Counted from the stretch's first letter, positions 38,994 through 48,357 are shown. The stretch: DNA of 64,000 nt from an uncultured Planctomycetia bacterium (GCA_964455085.1 CAYVYJ010000004.1:22714-86713); one strand, 5' to 3'. Made by a program: numbers and translations. The notes: generated by a model not told the origin, from the letters alone.

Positions 38994-40979
38994 CTAGCGC
39001 AGACGCAGGCCAGCCTGAAGGCCTAATTCTTCTCTTATCTGGTTATGAAAAGAATCGACTTCATCGGAAGCTAAGGTTTTCTCACTTGACTGATAAAAAA
39101 CCCTCAAGGTAAAAGCTCTATACCCTCCAGGAATATCCTTACCCTTATAAATGTCAACTATACTTAAACCAGCTAAATAATTGCCTTTTTTTCTAATAAT
39201 TTCCTCTACTGTTTTAAATTTAATATCTTTCTTTAGAGAAATACTTATATCCCGCCATATAGTTGGATAGAGGCTAAATGGTTTATATTTCTTCTCTCGC
39301 TTCTTCTTCAGGAGAACTGGTAGGCTGATTTGAGCAAATAATAAATCTTCTTTTAGATCGAGCCTCTTCTTGGCTTGGCCGTTTAACTTCCCTAAAAATC
39401 CAACCCTTTGATTGCCGATAAAAATTCCTAAAGCGTTAGTAAAATTATTCAGGCTCTCTTCCTTGAGCTGAGAATCATCGATGTTAAAAAAGCTCAAAAT
39501 CCTCTCTACACTCCCTTTTAGATAGAAGAAATCCTCCTCCCTGCCGCTAATACCTAAACTTAAGTTAGGCTCTTCTAAGAAACTCTGTTTACTTTTTGCA
39601 TAGGTATCGGCGATTTCAAAAAAACGCAAACCGTCCTGGTTACTTGTGCCCTTCAGGGTACGATTCAAATTATACCTTACACTTTTAATCATACCTAATA
39701 GTAAACTGCTGCGCAGGGAATTTTCCTGGCTACGCAAGGGATTGATAAGTTCTATATTTGAGTACCCTTGCTCCTCTAAACTATAGGTTACTATCTCTTT
39801 AAACCCTAACAAAGCTACAAAATCTGCCAATTTTCCCTTAAGGTAATAAAGGCTCTTTTCTCCGGGAGTAGTGAAATTGTTCTTTAGGTGGGGAATTTTG
39901 GCTGGTATTTTCGAATAACCATAGATCCGGGCGAACTCTTCATAAACATCAACCTCACTATTAATATCAAATCGAGAATCTGGAGGTGAGACTATTATCT
40001 TGTCTGCCGATACCTTCCTAACTCCAAAATCAAGACTGGTGAGGATTTTGGTTACCTTCTGCTTAGGTGCCACGATACCTAAATAAGCACCTAAATAGTT
40101 AAGGCTTATTACTATCTTCTTTCTTGCTAGCTGAGGCTTCTTCCCGGCCTGCTTGTATCCGGCGCTCTTACCCCCGGCTTCTTGTTCAATTAATTTAGCA
40201 GCTTCAGCCGAAGCTACTTCTAATAAATGCGGCGGGACTACTCTTTCGAAACGATAAGAAGATTCTGTATCCAAGCCAGCTACTCGCCGAGAGCGTCTTA
40301 TAGTTAAAGGAGAAAATATTGCTGCTTCAAGAAAAACATTTTTAGTGTTAGCATCTACCTCGGTATTTTTAGCTCCGATGACTCCGGCTAAAGCAACAAT
40401 TCTTTTACTGTCGGCAATTACTAAATTATCTTTCACCAAAACCCTTTCCTTGCCATCAATCCCCAGAAAAGACTCACCCCCCCTAGCCCGGCGGATATAG
40501 ATATTTCCTTTAAGCTTATCAGCATCAAAAGCATGCAAGGGATTGCCCCACTTAAGCATAGAATAATTGGTAATGTCAACAATATTATTAACTGAGTTGA
40601 ACCCGCAATTTGTAATTCGTTGTTTAAGCCAGAGTGATGAATGACTCACCCCTACTCCTTCTAACCTTCGACCAATATAGTAAAGGCAATCTTTTTTATC
40701 CTCGATTATAATCTCCCGGTCTAGAAGTGTTTTCCTGACTATTGCCGGATAGTCAACCTTCAATCTCTTACCAAGAATTGCCGCTATTTCCCGGGCAATC
40801 CCTACCATAGAAAGCCAATCATACCTATTGGTAGTTACCTCAACATCAAAAACCCAATCTTCTCCTTTCTTTTCAAAACATTCAACCTCCATGCCAGCCA
40901 TAGTTAAGAAAACAGCCAAATCTTTAGCTGAGATACCTAGTTTTAAAAACTCTTGAATAAAATTTAGACTAAACCGCAT
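38994..40979 (-). CDS. pheT: Phenylalanyl-tRNA synthetase beta subunit (short form without the B2 OB domain)
   Basis: TTNRYDWLS, VDITNY, SSYRFER, EEFARIYGY, C-terminal FDX-ACB domain. Confidence 0.95.
   Translation of the reverse strand: MRFSLNFIQEFLKLGISAKDLAVFLTMAGMEVECFEKKGEDWVFDVEVTTNRYDWLSMVGIAREIAAILGKRLKVDYPAIVRKTLLDREIIIEDKKDCLYYIGRRLEGVGVSHSSLWLKQRITNCGFNSVNNIVDITNYSMLKWGNPLHAFDADKLKGNIYIRRARGGESFLGIDGKERVLVKDNLVIADSKRIVALAGVIGAKNTEVDANTKNVFLEAAIFSPLTIRRSRRVAGLDTESSYRFERVVPPHLLEVASAEAAKLIEQEAGGKSAGYKQAGKKPQLARKKIVISLNYLGAYLGIVAPKQKVTKILTSLDFGVRKVSADKIIVSPPDSRFDINSEVDVYEEFARIYGYSKIPAKIPHLKNNFTTPGEKSLYYLKGKLADFVALLGFKEIVTYSLEEQGYSNIELINPLRSQENSLRSSLLLGMIKSVRYNLNRTLKGTSNQDGLRFFEIADTYAKSKQSFLEEPNLSLGISGREEDFFYLKGSVERILSFFNIDDSQLKEESLNNFTNALGIFIGNQRVGFLGKLNGQAKKRLDLKEDLLFAQISLPVLLKKKREKKYKPFSLYPTIWRDISISLKKDIKFKTVEEIIRKKGNYLAGLSIVDIYKGKDIPGGYRAFTLRVFYQSSEKTLASDEVDSFHNQIREELGLQAGLRLR
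39646..39661. repeat. Small palindromic in-frame insertion in pheT
   Basis: GTGCCC-TTCA-GGGTAC, encoding the extra TLKGT(S) in YNLNR-TLKGTS-NQDGLRFFE. Confidence 0.45.
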
Positions 40980-40995
40980 AATTGTATATCTACTT

Positions 40996-42054
40996 TTATA
41001 GAGAAAATTGCTTCAAGAACCTAATGTCATTTTCATAAAAAAGACGGATATCATCAATGCTGTACTTAAGCATTGCTATTCGCTCAACCCCCATTCCAAA
41101 AGCAAAACCTTTATATTTTTTAGGGTCGATAGCACAAGCTTTTAACACTCTGGGGTGAATCATGCCACAACCTAAAATCTCAAGCCAGCCCTTCCCCTTA
41201 CAAACACTACACCTTTTTGTTCCCTTTCTTATTCTCACCTCTTTATTTTTCGCTCCCTTACATATAATACAAGAGATGTCTACCTCAGCTGACGGTTCGG
41301 TAAATGGGAAGAAGTGGGGACGAAAGCGCAGTTCAACGGCGGAAGAGAAAAACTCCTTGGCAAAGTGAAGCAGCACGCCTTTTAGATGAGCAAAATTGAT
41401 ATCCTCACTCACGACAAACCCCTCTACCTGGTGAAACATAAAAGAATGGGTGGCATCTACCTCATCGGGCCGGTATACTCGACCCGGTGAAATTACTGCT
41501 AAAGGAGGTCTTGCCTTTTGCATAACTCTTATCTGAGACGGTGAGGTATGACTGCGCAAGAGGTACTTACCTTTATTTTTTTCGGGTATATTTAAATAGA
41601 AAGTATCAAAAACATCCCGGGAAGGGTGTTCTAAGGGAATGTTTAAGGCTTCAAAGTTATACCATTCCTCCTCTATCTCTTCACCTTCGATAGTCTTAAA
41701 TCCTAAATTCTCAAAAATTGCACAGATCTTCTGGCTAACCGTAGTCAGGATATGGCGTGATCCAGCCTGGGGAAAAACCGAAGGTAAGGTTAAGTCACAT
41801 TTTTCTTCCTTCCCCCTAGTTTCCTGTAGACGATTTTCCAATAAGCGAGTTATTTCTTGTTTGAAAGCATTTAGCCTCTTACCCCAAAGCCCCTTCTCTT
41901 CCTTTGCTAACCCGGGAATCCGGGAAAAAAGCCGGATAAAAGTAGACTTTCGTCCTAAATATTTAATTTTTAAAGCTTCTAAATTCTTGGGAGAGTCAGC
42001 TTCTTGAAACTCTCTTTGGAATTCTTCTTCTAAACGTTTAAGCTCGTTTTCCAT
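40996..42054 (-). CDS. pheS: Phenylalanyl-tRNA synthetase alpha subunit
   Basis: HPSRDVFDTFY, LRSHTS, FHQVEG, FPFTEPS, GFAFGMG. Confidence 0.97.
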   Translation of the reverse strand: MENELKRLEEEFQREFQEADSPKNLEALKIKYLGRKSTFIRLFSRIPGLAKEEKGLWGKRLNAFKQEITRLLENRLQETRGKEEKCDLTLPSVFPQAGSRHILTTVSQKICAIFENLGFKTIEGEEIEEEWYNFEALNIPLEHPSRDVFDTFYLNIPEKNKGKYLLRSHTSPSQIRVMQKARPPLAVISPGRVYRPDEVDATHSFMFHQVEGFVVSEDINFAHLKGVLLHFAKEFFSSAVELRFRPHFFPFTEPSAEVDISCIICKGAKNKEVRIRKGTKRCSVCKGKGWLEILGCGMIHPRVLKACAIDPKKYKGFAFGMGVERIAMLKYSIDDIRLFYENDIRFLKQFSL

Positions 42055-42538
42055 ATTGGAACTTTATAAAATAGATAGCTGCGGTTGTCAAACAAATTAT
42101 CGAAAGCATCATCGCTAATCGCTTTTTTTGAGCCGAGATTACAAATTCTCTTCTTTGCCCCTGATCAATAACCCTCAAAGCCTCCAAGTGCAAATCGCTT
42201 ATTTGATGAACTGGGCAATCTTTATAAAAGACCCCTTTAACTTGCAAATAGTCGCCTCTGTATCTATAACTTCCCCAATGGGTTATCAAGTCTACCATAT
42301 TCTTATCCGATGAGAAAACTCCGATTTGTTTTGAACCGGATACAATATTTACCCAGACCCCTTGAGGGTCCTTTAGAGGTTCACCAACCACTTCACCCTC
42401 TATAGTAATTGATTGACCGCTAAATTCCTGCGGTGAAGTTAATGCAGCATCTAATACCGAGGCTTGAACCGATAAGAAGGGAGTGCTGAGAGCTAGGAAT
42501 AAAAAGTAAAGAGTAAAAAGTTTTAACTTACCAATCAT
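42038..42538 (-). CDS. Hypothetical exported OB-fold-like protein with a C-terminal TM helix
   Basis: Signal peptide, ITIEGEVVGE, GDYLQVKGVF, C-terminal hydrophobic helix. Confidence 0.6.
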   Translation of the reverse strand: MIGKLKLFTLYFLFLALSTPFLSVQASVLDAALTSPQEFSGQSITIEGEVVGEPLKDPQGVWVNIVSGSKQIGVFSSDKNMVDLITHWGSYRYRGDYLQVKGVFYKDCPVHQISDLHLEALRVIDQGQRREFVISAQKKRLAMMLSIICLTTAAIYFIKFQYGKRA

Positions 42539-42540
42539 GC

Positions 42541-44022
42541 TTATCTCCTAAATAACGATAAGATAAAGCCTAAGGAAACAAAGATTGCGATAAACTCTAA
42601 TCGCCCGGCCCACATCTGAAAAATATAGACTAACTTTAAAGCTAAAGGCATTGCCGGATTAGTTATTCCCGCTGATAGCCCTACATTAGCGGTTGCCGAA
42701 ACCGATTCAAACAAAGCCTGAGATGCTGGATAACCAAACCCCATAGCTATGATTCCTCCGGCTACATAGGTAAAGATGAAAATGAAAAAGAATAGATAAG
42801 CGTCTTTTATCCGTTTATCCGAAAGAATCAGGCTTTGTAGATGATGAAACCTATCTTTATATACAGCGCTAAAAGGCATCATCCAACGTTTAATCTCCAT
42901 AAAGAAAGTCTTAAAGACAAGACCTACCCGCATCAGTTTTATACCGCCAGTTGTAGAACAGATGCCTCCGCCAATCATCATGGCAAAAATTACTGCTAGT
43001 AAGCTTAAGGCCGGAAATTGATTTAACTCCCCAGCGGCCAAATTAGTAAAACCACAACCACTATGGGCGGAAATTAACTGGTAAAAACCTTTACGAAAAA
43101 TAGCCGGCCCTATTTTAGATAAAGAGAAATAAAGAATGAGGCTAAGGGTACAAATAGTAAAGAAAAATGTCTTGATCTCAAAGTTTTTAAAGATTTCTTT
43201 TTTGCTCTTATTCCAGAGCCAGAAGTGAAGATTAAAATTCATCGCTCCCAGAATCATAAAAACAATTGTCGCAATCTCTAAAGAGAAAGAGTGATAATAA
43301 GCTATGTTTTGAGCCTGAGGAGCAAAGCCTCCGGTGTCAAAAGAAGCAAAAAAGAGCCAAAGTGCATGAAAGAATGATTTCTCACCAGATAATCCCAAGT
43401 TATAAAGGATAACAAAGAAGGTAACTACCCCTAAAATTAGATAGATGAAACTTACCTTCCAGATAAATCTTGCTGTGCCAATTACGTTGGGCAGAATCTT
43501 TTCCTGCCGAGCCTCCCCGATGTAGAATCCCAAAGCTACTGAACGGGCCCGGGTTAAAATAGATAGACTGGCTAAGATAATCCCCTGACCCCCGATAAAC
43601 ATTGTCAGGTGCCGCCACATATTATGGGCTGAAGAAAGATGGTCTAAATCTTGGATCAGGATTAAGCCGGTAGTTGCAAATCCGCTCATCGCCTCAAACC
43701 AAGCATCAACAAAAGAAGCGAAGTGTGAAGAAAGATAAAGAGGTATGGCCCCCAGTAATGAGAACACCAACCAGCCTAAACTAACGGTGAAGAAGGCATG
43801 AATCCAGCCTACTTCTTTTTTTATCGGAAAGGCAAGTAAAAGCAATAGCCCTAAGGAAGCAGTAAAGGTAAAGCCGATTATAAAGTCAAGGAGTGGGGAA
43901 AACTCACCCTTAACCAAGGCTACCAGAAGGGGAATAAGCATAAAGAGGCTTAAACCTAAAATAAGCCTTCCTAAAATATTGAAAATTGTGGAAAAATCTC
44001 TTCTATCCGGGGAAATAATCAT
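42541..44022 (-). CDS. trkH: Trk-system potassium uptake membrane protein
   Basis: FEAMSGFATTG, DTGGF, STTGGIK, SATANVGLS, GRLEF. Confidence 0.92.
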   Translation of the reverse strand: MIISPDRRDFSTIFNILGRLILGLSLFMLIPLLVALVKGEFSPLLDFIIGFTFTASLGLLLLLAFPIKKEVGWIHAFFTVSLGWLVFSLLGAIPLYLSSHFASFVDAWFEAMSGFATTGLILIQDLDHLSSAHNMWRHLTMFIGGQGIILASLSILTRARSVALGFYIGEARQEKILPNVIGTARFIWKVSFIYLILGVVTFFVILYNLGLSGEKSFFHALWLFFASFDTGGFAPQAQNIAYYHSFSLEIATIVFMILGAMNFNLHFWLWNKSKKEIFKNFEIKTFFFTICTLSLILYFSLSKIGPAIFRKGFYQLISAHSGCGFTNLAAGELNQFPALSLLAVIFAMMIGGGICSTTGGIKLMRVGLVFKTFFMEIKRWMMPFSAVYKDRFHHLQSLILSDKRIKDAYLFFFIFIFTYVAGGIIAMGFGYPASQALFESVSATANVGLSAGITNPAMPLALKLVYIFQMWAGRLEFIAIFVSLGFILSLFRR

Positions 44023-44057
44023 TGTACATAAAATAAATCAAAAAGGACTCGGGTCTG

Positions 44058-44144
44058 TTAAAAGATTAGAGAGAGACAATACCCTAAACCAAGAATAAAA
44101 AAACAAAAAAGAATTTCGGTTATAATCCCGGTTACTACCCGCAT
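44058..44144 (-). CDS. Putative 28-aa single-pass membrane peptide between trkA and trkH
   Basis: MRVVTGIITEILFCFFILGLGYCLSLIF; fills most of the gap; no clear SD sequence. Confidence 0.45.
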   Translation of the reverse strand: MRVVTGIITEILFCFFILGLGYCLSLIF

Positions 44145-44161
44145 TGCTTATGTTTCTGTAA

Positions 44162-44827
44162 TTATATCTTCCCGATAAGTGCTTTAATTAATTTCTTTTC
44201 TACGTCAATCAAAGCAGCAGCAATTATCTCATCTCCGGGTAATATCACTGTTGAACCATAAGGAATGATTATGTCCGGACCTCTTATAATAGAGATTAGA
44301 ACGGAATTTTGCGGCAGTGTAATATCTTTCAAGGTTTTATTGGCAACTGGTGAGGTTTGAGGAATATCTACCCGCACAATCGACAATCTCCCCTTTTTAA
44401 TACTCAAAAGACTCATCACGTCAGTGAAAGAAGCTTCCTCTTCTACAATCCGGGCAATTATCGAGGTAGAATCTACGGGGTTATCCACCTCCATGTATTT
44501 ATAAAGAGGTACATGCTTAGGGTCGTTAACCCTGGCCACAGTCCTTTTTACTCCAAACAACTCCTTAGCTAGATAACAGATAATAGTATTGTCTTCGTCA
44601 TTAGAGGTGGCGCTCACACAAACATTAGCCTTCTCTATTTTAGCTTGTTGTAAAATATCCGGATAGGTAGCATCCCCGCTGATGATCATAACCCCTTGCA
44701 ATTCACCAGCCAATTTATTACAAAGATTTTCGTTCTTATCGATAAGGCAAACCTGGTGATCGTCTTCTTTTAATTTTTTACCCAAAATCAAACCTAGTCT
44801 GCCAGCACCAGCTATGACAACATACAT
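44162..44827 (-). CDS. trkA: TrkA/KtrA family K+ transport regulatory subunit (RCK_N and RCK_C)
   Basis: GAGRLG, GDAT, C-terminal RCK_C domain. Confidence 0.9.
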   Translation of the reverse strand: MYVVIAGAGRLGLILGKKLKEDDHQVCLIDKNENLCNKLAGELQGVMIISGDATYPDILQQAKIEKANVCVSATSNDEDNTIICYLAKELFGVKRTVARVNDPKHVPLYKYMEVDNPVDSTSIIARIVEEEASFTDVMSLLSIKKGRLSIVRVDIPQTSPVANKTLKDITLPQNSVLISIIRGPDIIIPYGSTVILPGDEIIAAALIDVEKKLIKALIGKI

Positions 44828-45210
44828 TTCTTTAATACCTCAACAATTAAATAAGTACGGTTAACAATAGTTAGGCCCTCTTCTTTAAATACCTTCTTCT
44901 TCATAGCATCATTTACTTGCAAGATGACTTTTTTAATACCATACTTTCGCTTTATGACTTTACCGACAACTAAGTTGATGTTATCATTACCGGTAAGCAG
45001 GTATACAGCGTCGGCATCTTTTATCTCGGCCTTCTCTAAGGTACTTATATCTAAAGCATCACCCCAAATCTTCTTCCCGTTAAAATCATCCCCTAGGGAG
45101 TCGATATTCTTTAAGCTCTTATCTACCACCACCACATTCTCCACATTAGACAGCTCGTGGGCTAAATTCTTACCAGTCTTGCCGCAACCAATTATAACTA
45201 TATACCTCAT
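44812..45210 (-). CDS. TrkA N-terminal (RCK_N-only) protein
   Basis: IIGCGKTG, GDALD, LEKAEIKDAD. Confidence 0.85.
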   Translation of the reverse strand: MRYIVIIGCGKTGKNLAHELSNVENVVVVDKSLKNIDSLGDDFNGKKIWGDALDISTLEKAEIKDADAVYLLTGNDNINLVVGKVIKRKYGIKKVILQVNDAMKKKVFKEEGLTIVNRTYLIVEVLKKCMLS

Positions 45211-45551
45211 TATTTTACTGCCTCTACAATTTTTACAAATACCTCTGGATGTTCCGCAGCCAGTTTAGCTAAGATATCTCGAGAAAAAAGGATTTTCTTC
45301 TTTGTTAAAGCATGGATAAACCCTCGATAAGAGATACCGGTGCCTTCTAAGGCTGCATTGATGCGGGTAATCCAGAGTGAACGAAATTCTCGTTTTTTTG
45401 TTCGGCGGTGCCGGTAAGCAAAGGCATAGGCACGTCTTAGTGTCTCAATAGCTCTACGATATTTTGTAGAACGCTCCCCCCAATATCCTTTAGCTGCTTT
45501 TAAAACCTTCTTCTTCCTCTTACGGGAAGCAACAGAACTCTTAACCTTCAT
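45210..45551 (-). CDS. rplT: 50S ribosomal protein L20
   Basis: AKGYWG, KKREFRSLWITRINAA. Confidence 0.97.
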   Translation of the reverse strand: MKVKSSVASRKRKKKVLKAAKGYWGERSTKYRRAIETLRRAYAFAYRHRRTKKREFRSLWITRINAALEGTGISYRGFIHALTKKKILFSRDILAKLAAEHPEVFVKIVEAVK

Positions 45552-45682
45552 TTTTTTACCTCCAGTAGTCTTTCACCCTATCTTTTCTTACTCTTCTTGC
45601 GAAAACTTATTTTGCTTATTAATATCGATAATGGATACAATGGAGCTCTTCGAGCCGCTCCGCCTGCGGCGGAGATTGTATA
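45549..45682. mobile_element. 134-bp structured insertion E4, at the rplT start codon
   Basis: CATTT...CTCC at both 45549 and 45683. Core: GGA-TACAAT, GCTC-TTC-GAGC, CTCCGCC-TGC-GGCGGAG, ATTGTA-TA. Confidence 0.6.
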
Positions 45683-45698
45683 CATTTCAGTCTCCTTT

Positions 45699-45899
45699 CT
45701 ATGCAGAGTAGGGTAGTGCTCTTTTGAGTACTCCGCTGTCTGCTTTTGACATTATAGCTTTACGCCTTAATTTTCTCTTGCGTTTTTTAGATTTATCGCT
45801 TAAAAGATGGCGCCGGCCGGCCTTAGATCTTAAGGCTTTTTTCTTCTTAGTAATCTTTACTCTTTTGGCTACCGATTTTCTAGTTTTTAGTTTTGGCAT
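45699..45899 (-). CDS. rpmI: 50S ribosomal protein L35
   Basis: MPKLKTRKSVAKR, RHLL. Confidence 0.97.
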   Translation of the reverse strand: MPKLKTRKSVAKRVKITKKKKALRSKAGRRHLLSDKSKKRKRKLRRKAIMSKADSGVLKRALPYSA

Positions 45900-45959
45900 T
45901 ACTACTCCTTTTGCACTTCTCTCCCCATTATATGCGAAATTAAAAGATATGAAAGTTGT

Positions 45960-46463
45960 TTATTTGGGACTTAAAATTAAGACCAGGGTCTTACCCAGCA
46001 TGTGCGGCTCCCGGTCTACACGGCCTACACTTTCTATGTCTTTAAGTAGTTTATCGATTACTCTGTTCCCGATCTCCTTATGGGTGATTTCTCGACCCTT
46101 AAACCACATCCTTACCCTTACTTTATGTTTTTTCTCTAAAAATTCTTTGATATGTTTACGCTTAACCTCATAGTCATGAATGCCTATGCGTGGCCTTATT
46201 CGAACTTCCTTAAGTTGAGCTTGCTTCTGGTGCTTCTTAACTTCTTTTTCTCTTTTTTCCTGTTCGTATCTATATTTCGAAAAATCAATTATCCGACAAA
46301 CCGGAGGTTTTGCTTGAGGAGCAACCTCTACTAAGTCCAAATCAAAGTCCGCAGCTTTCTTAAATGCAATGTCGCGAGGAAAAACACCTAATTGTTCACC
46401 ACCAGGACCAACTACCCTCACTGTTTTGGCAAAAATTCTATCATTTACCCTCACGTACTTCAC
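45960..46463 (-). CDS. infC: Translation initiation factor IF-3
   Basis: DLVEVAPQAKPPVCRI, KEVRIRPRI, FKGRE; GTG start after AAGGAGG. Confidence 0.96.
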   Translation of the reverse strand: MKYVRVNDRIFAKTVRVVGPGGEQLGVFPRDIAFKKAADFDLDLVEVAPQAKPPVCRIIDFSKYRYEQEKREKEVKKHQKQAQLKEVRIRPRIGIHDYEVKRKHIKEFLEKKHKVRVRMWFKGREITHKEIGNRVIDKLLKDIESVGRVDREPHMLGKTLVLILSPK

Positions 46464-48171
46464 TTAGACTTTCCTCCTTTTTTAAAATATCCACTAAATC
46501 TCCTACCCCCATGTTACCTAAATTCTTCATCCCTCTGGCCCGAAGAGACACTTTACCATCCTGCATCTCTTTCTTACCGACAATCACCATGTAAGGAATC
46601 TTGATCAATTCTTTTTCTCTTATCTTCCTCTGCAAGGTCTCATCCCGTAAATCTACCTCGGCCCTGAACCCTTCACCTTCCAAGGACTCTTTTATCTTCA
46701 AAGCATAATCTTTGGCTTCGGCAGTTACATTTAAAACACTAACTTGCACTGGAGCAAGCCAAAAGGGAAATTTACCGGCATAGTGCTCAATCAAGGTAGC
46801 AATGAACCGTTCAAAGCTGCCCAGGATTACCCGATGAATCATAACCACTCGCAGACTTTCACCAGAAGTTGCCCGATAAGTTAAATCGAAACGTTTAGGA
46901 ATATTATAATCTAACTGCACTGTAGCGCATTGCCACTGACGGCCAATAGCATCGCAGAGCTTGATATCAATCTTGGGTCCGTAAAAAGCACCATCACCGG
47001 CATTTATCTTATAATTAAAACCTTTTTTGTTTAAAACCTCTTCTAATATCGCTTCAGAATTCTTCCAATCCTCGACCTCACCGATAAACTTATTTGGTCT
47101 AGTACTTAACTCAGCGGAAAAATTCCTAAAACCAAATTTGGCCATAGCCGCTTTTACAAATTCTAAAACCCCTTCTATCTCGCTGTAAAGATCCTCCTTA
47201 CGACAGAAAATATGAGCATCATCCTGGGTAAAACCTCTTACCCTTAATAAACCATGCAAGACCCCGCTCTTCTCATAGCGGTAAACCGTACCTAGTTCAA
47301 ATAAGCGTAAGGGTAAATCCCGCCAGCTGCGCAGCTGGGATTTATAAATAAGTATATGCCCGGGGCAATTCATCGGCTTTAAAATAAACTCTTGGTTATC
47401 TTTTAGGGCCGAATAGATATAATCTTGGTAATACTCTAAGTGACCGCTCTTCTCCCATAACTTTTTATCCATAATATGCGGGGTCTCAACTACTTTGTAA
47501 CCTCGCCTTAGATGCTCCCTTATTTCCCAATCCTCAATCAATCTTTTTAAAATCGCCCCCTTAGGCAGATAAAAGACTAATCCAGCACCGGCTTGATTAT
47601 GGTAAATATCCACCAACTCCAGCTCTTTGCCTAACTTACGGTGGTCTCTTTTTTTGGCTTCTTCTAAATTATTAAGATAAGTTTTAAGCTCATTCCTGGT
47701 AGGAAAAGCTGTTCCGTATATCCGCAACAGCTGAGGGTTGCCTTCCTCTCCCTTCCAATAAGCCCCGGATATTGAAAGAAGTTTAAAGTGCTTTGCTTTC
47801 CCAGTTGAGGCCAGATGCGGGCCGATGCATAAATCAGTAAAGTCGCCGTGCTTATAAATTGAAACCTTATCAGTACCTAAATCTTTTATCAGCTCAACCT
47901 TATACTTCTCTCCCTTTTGGCTAAAAAACTTTATTGCTTTCTTGGTGCCCATTTCTTCACAAACAAAGGGAAGATTTGTCGCTACTTCTTCTTTCATTAG
48001 CTTTTCAATCTTCAGCAGGTCTTCTTCACTTATTCCCCCAGGTATGTCAAAATCATAGTAAAAACCATTTTCAATGACCGGTCCAATACCTAACTTAGCC
48101 TTAGGGTAAAGTTTCTTCACCGCACTAGCCAAGATGTGAGAGCAAGAGTGTCTTAAGTTATTTAAATCCAT
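46441..48171 (-). CDS. thrS: Threonyl-tRNA synthetase (no N-terminal TGS domain)
   Basis: RHSCSH, DLCIGPH, RDHRKLG, KPMNCPGH, RVRGFTQDDAH, AFYGPK. Confidence 0.97.
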   Translation of the reverse strand: MDLNNLRHSCSHILASAVKKLYPKAKLGIGPVIENGFYYDFDIPGGISEEDLLKIEKLMKEEVATNLPFVCEEMGTKKAIKFFSQKGEKYKVELIKDLGTDKVSIYKHGDFTDLCIGPHLASTGKAKHFKLLSISGAYWKGEEGNPQLLRIYGTAFPTRNELKTYLNNLEEAKKRDHRKLGKELELVDIYHNQAGAGLVFYLPKGAILKRLIEDWEIREHLRRGYKVVETPHIMDKKLWEKSGHLEYYQDYIYSALKDNQEFILKPMNCPGHILIYKSQLRSWRDLPLRLFELGTVYRYEKSGVLHGLLRVRGFTQDDAHIFCRKEDLYSEIEGVLEFVKAAMAKFGFRNFSAELSTRPNKFIGEVEDWKNSEAILEEVLNKKGFNYKINAGDGAFYGPKIDIKLCDAIGRQWQCATVQLDYNIPKRFDLTYRATSGESLRVVMIHRVILGSFERFIATLIEHYAGKFPFWLAPVQVSVLNVTAEAKDYALKIKESLEGEGFRAEVDLRDETLQRKIREKELIKIPYMVIVGKKEMQDGKVSLRARGMKNLGNMGVGDLVDILKKEESLSEVREGK

Positions 48172-48204
48172 TTTCCTTTCCTTCTCTGTCTAAAACTATA
48201 TTTA

Positions 48205-48282
48205 TGGTGGGCGATACAGGAGTCGAACCTGTGACATCCTCCTTGTAAGGGAGGCGCTCTAAACCAGCTGAGCTAATCGCCC
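48205..48282 (-). tRNA. tRNA-Val(TAC), CCA encoded
   Basis: Acceptor stem GGGCGAT/ATCGCCC, anticodon arm CCTCC-CTTACAA-GGAGG, GGTTCGACTCC, ACCA end. Confidence 0.95.
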
Positions 48283-48298
48283 AAAGTATATCTTCGCT

Positions 48299-48357
48299 AA
48301 ATCCTGTTAGAAGTGTCGAGTTTACCACTTTACCAGACAAGACTTCTAACGGGGTAA
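48299..48357. repeat. Inverted-repeat mini-element between the promoter and tRNA-Val
   Basis: CCTGTTAGAAGT (48303-48314) pairs with ACTTCTAACGGG (48342-48353). Confidence 0.55.

Noticed and set aside
44023-44161. 139-bp trkA-trkH gap as a sixth copy of the insertion family
   Set aside because: The length matches, but there is no GGA/stem/hairpin core or convincing duplication; a small membrane ORF explains it better.
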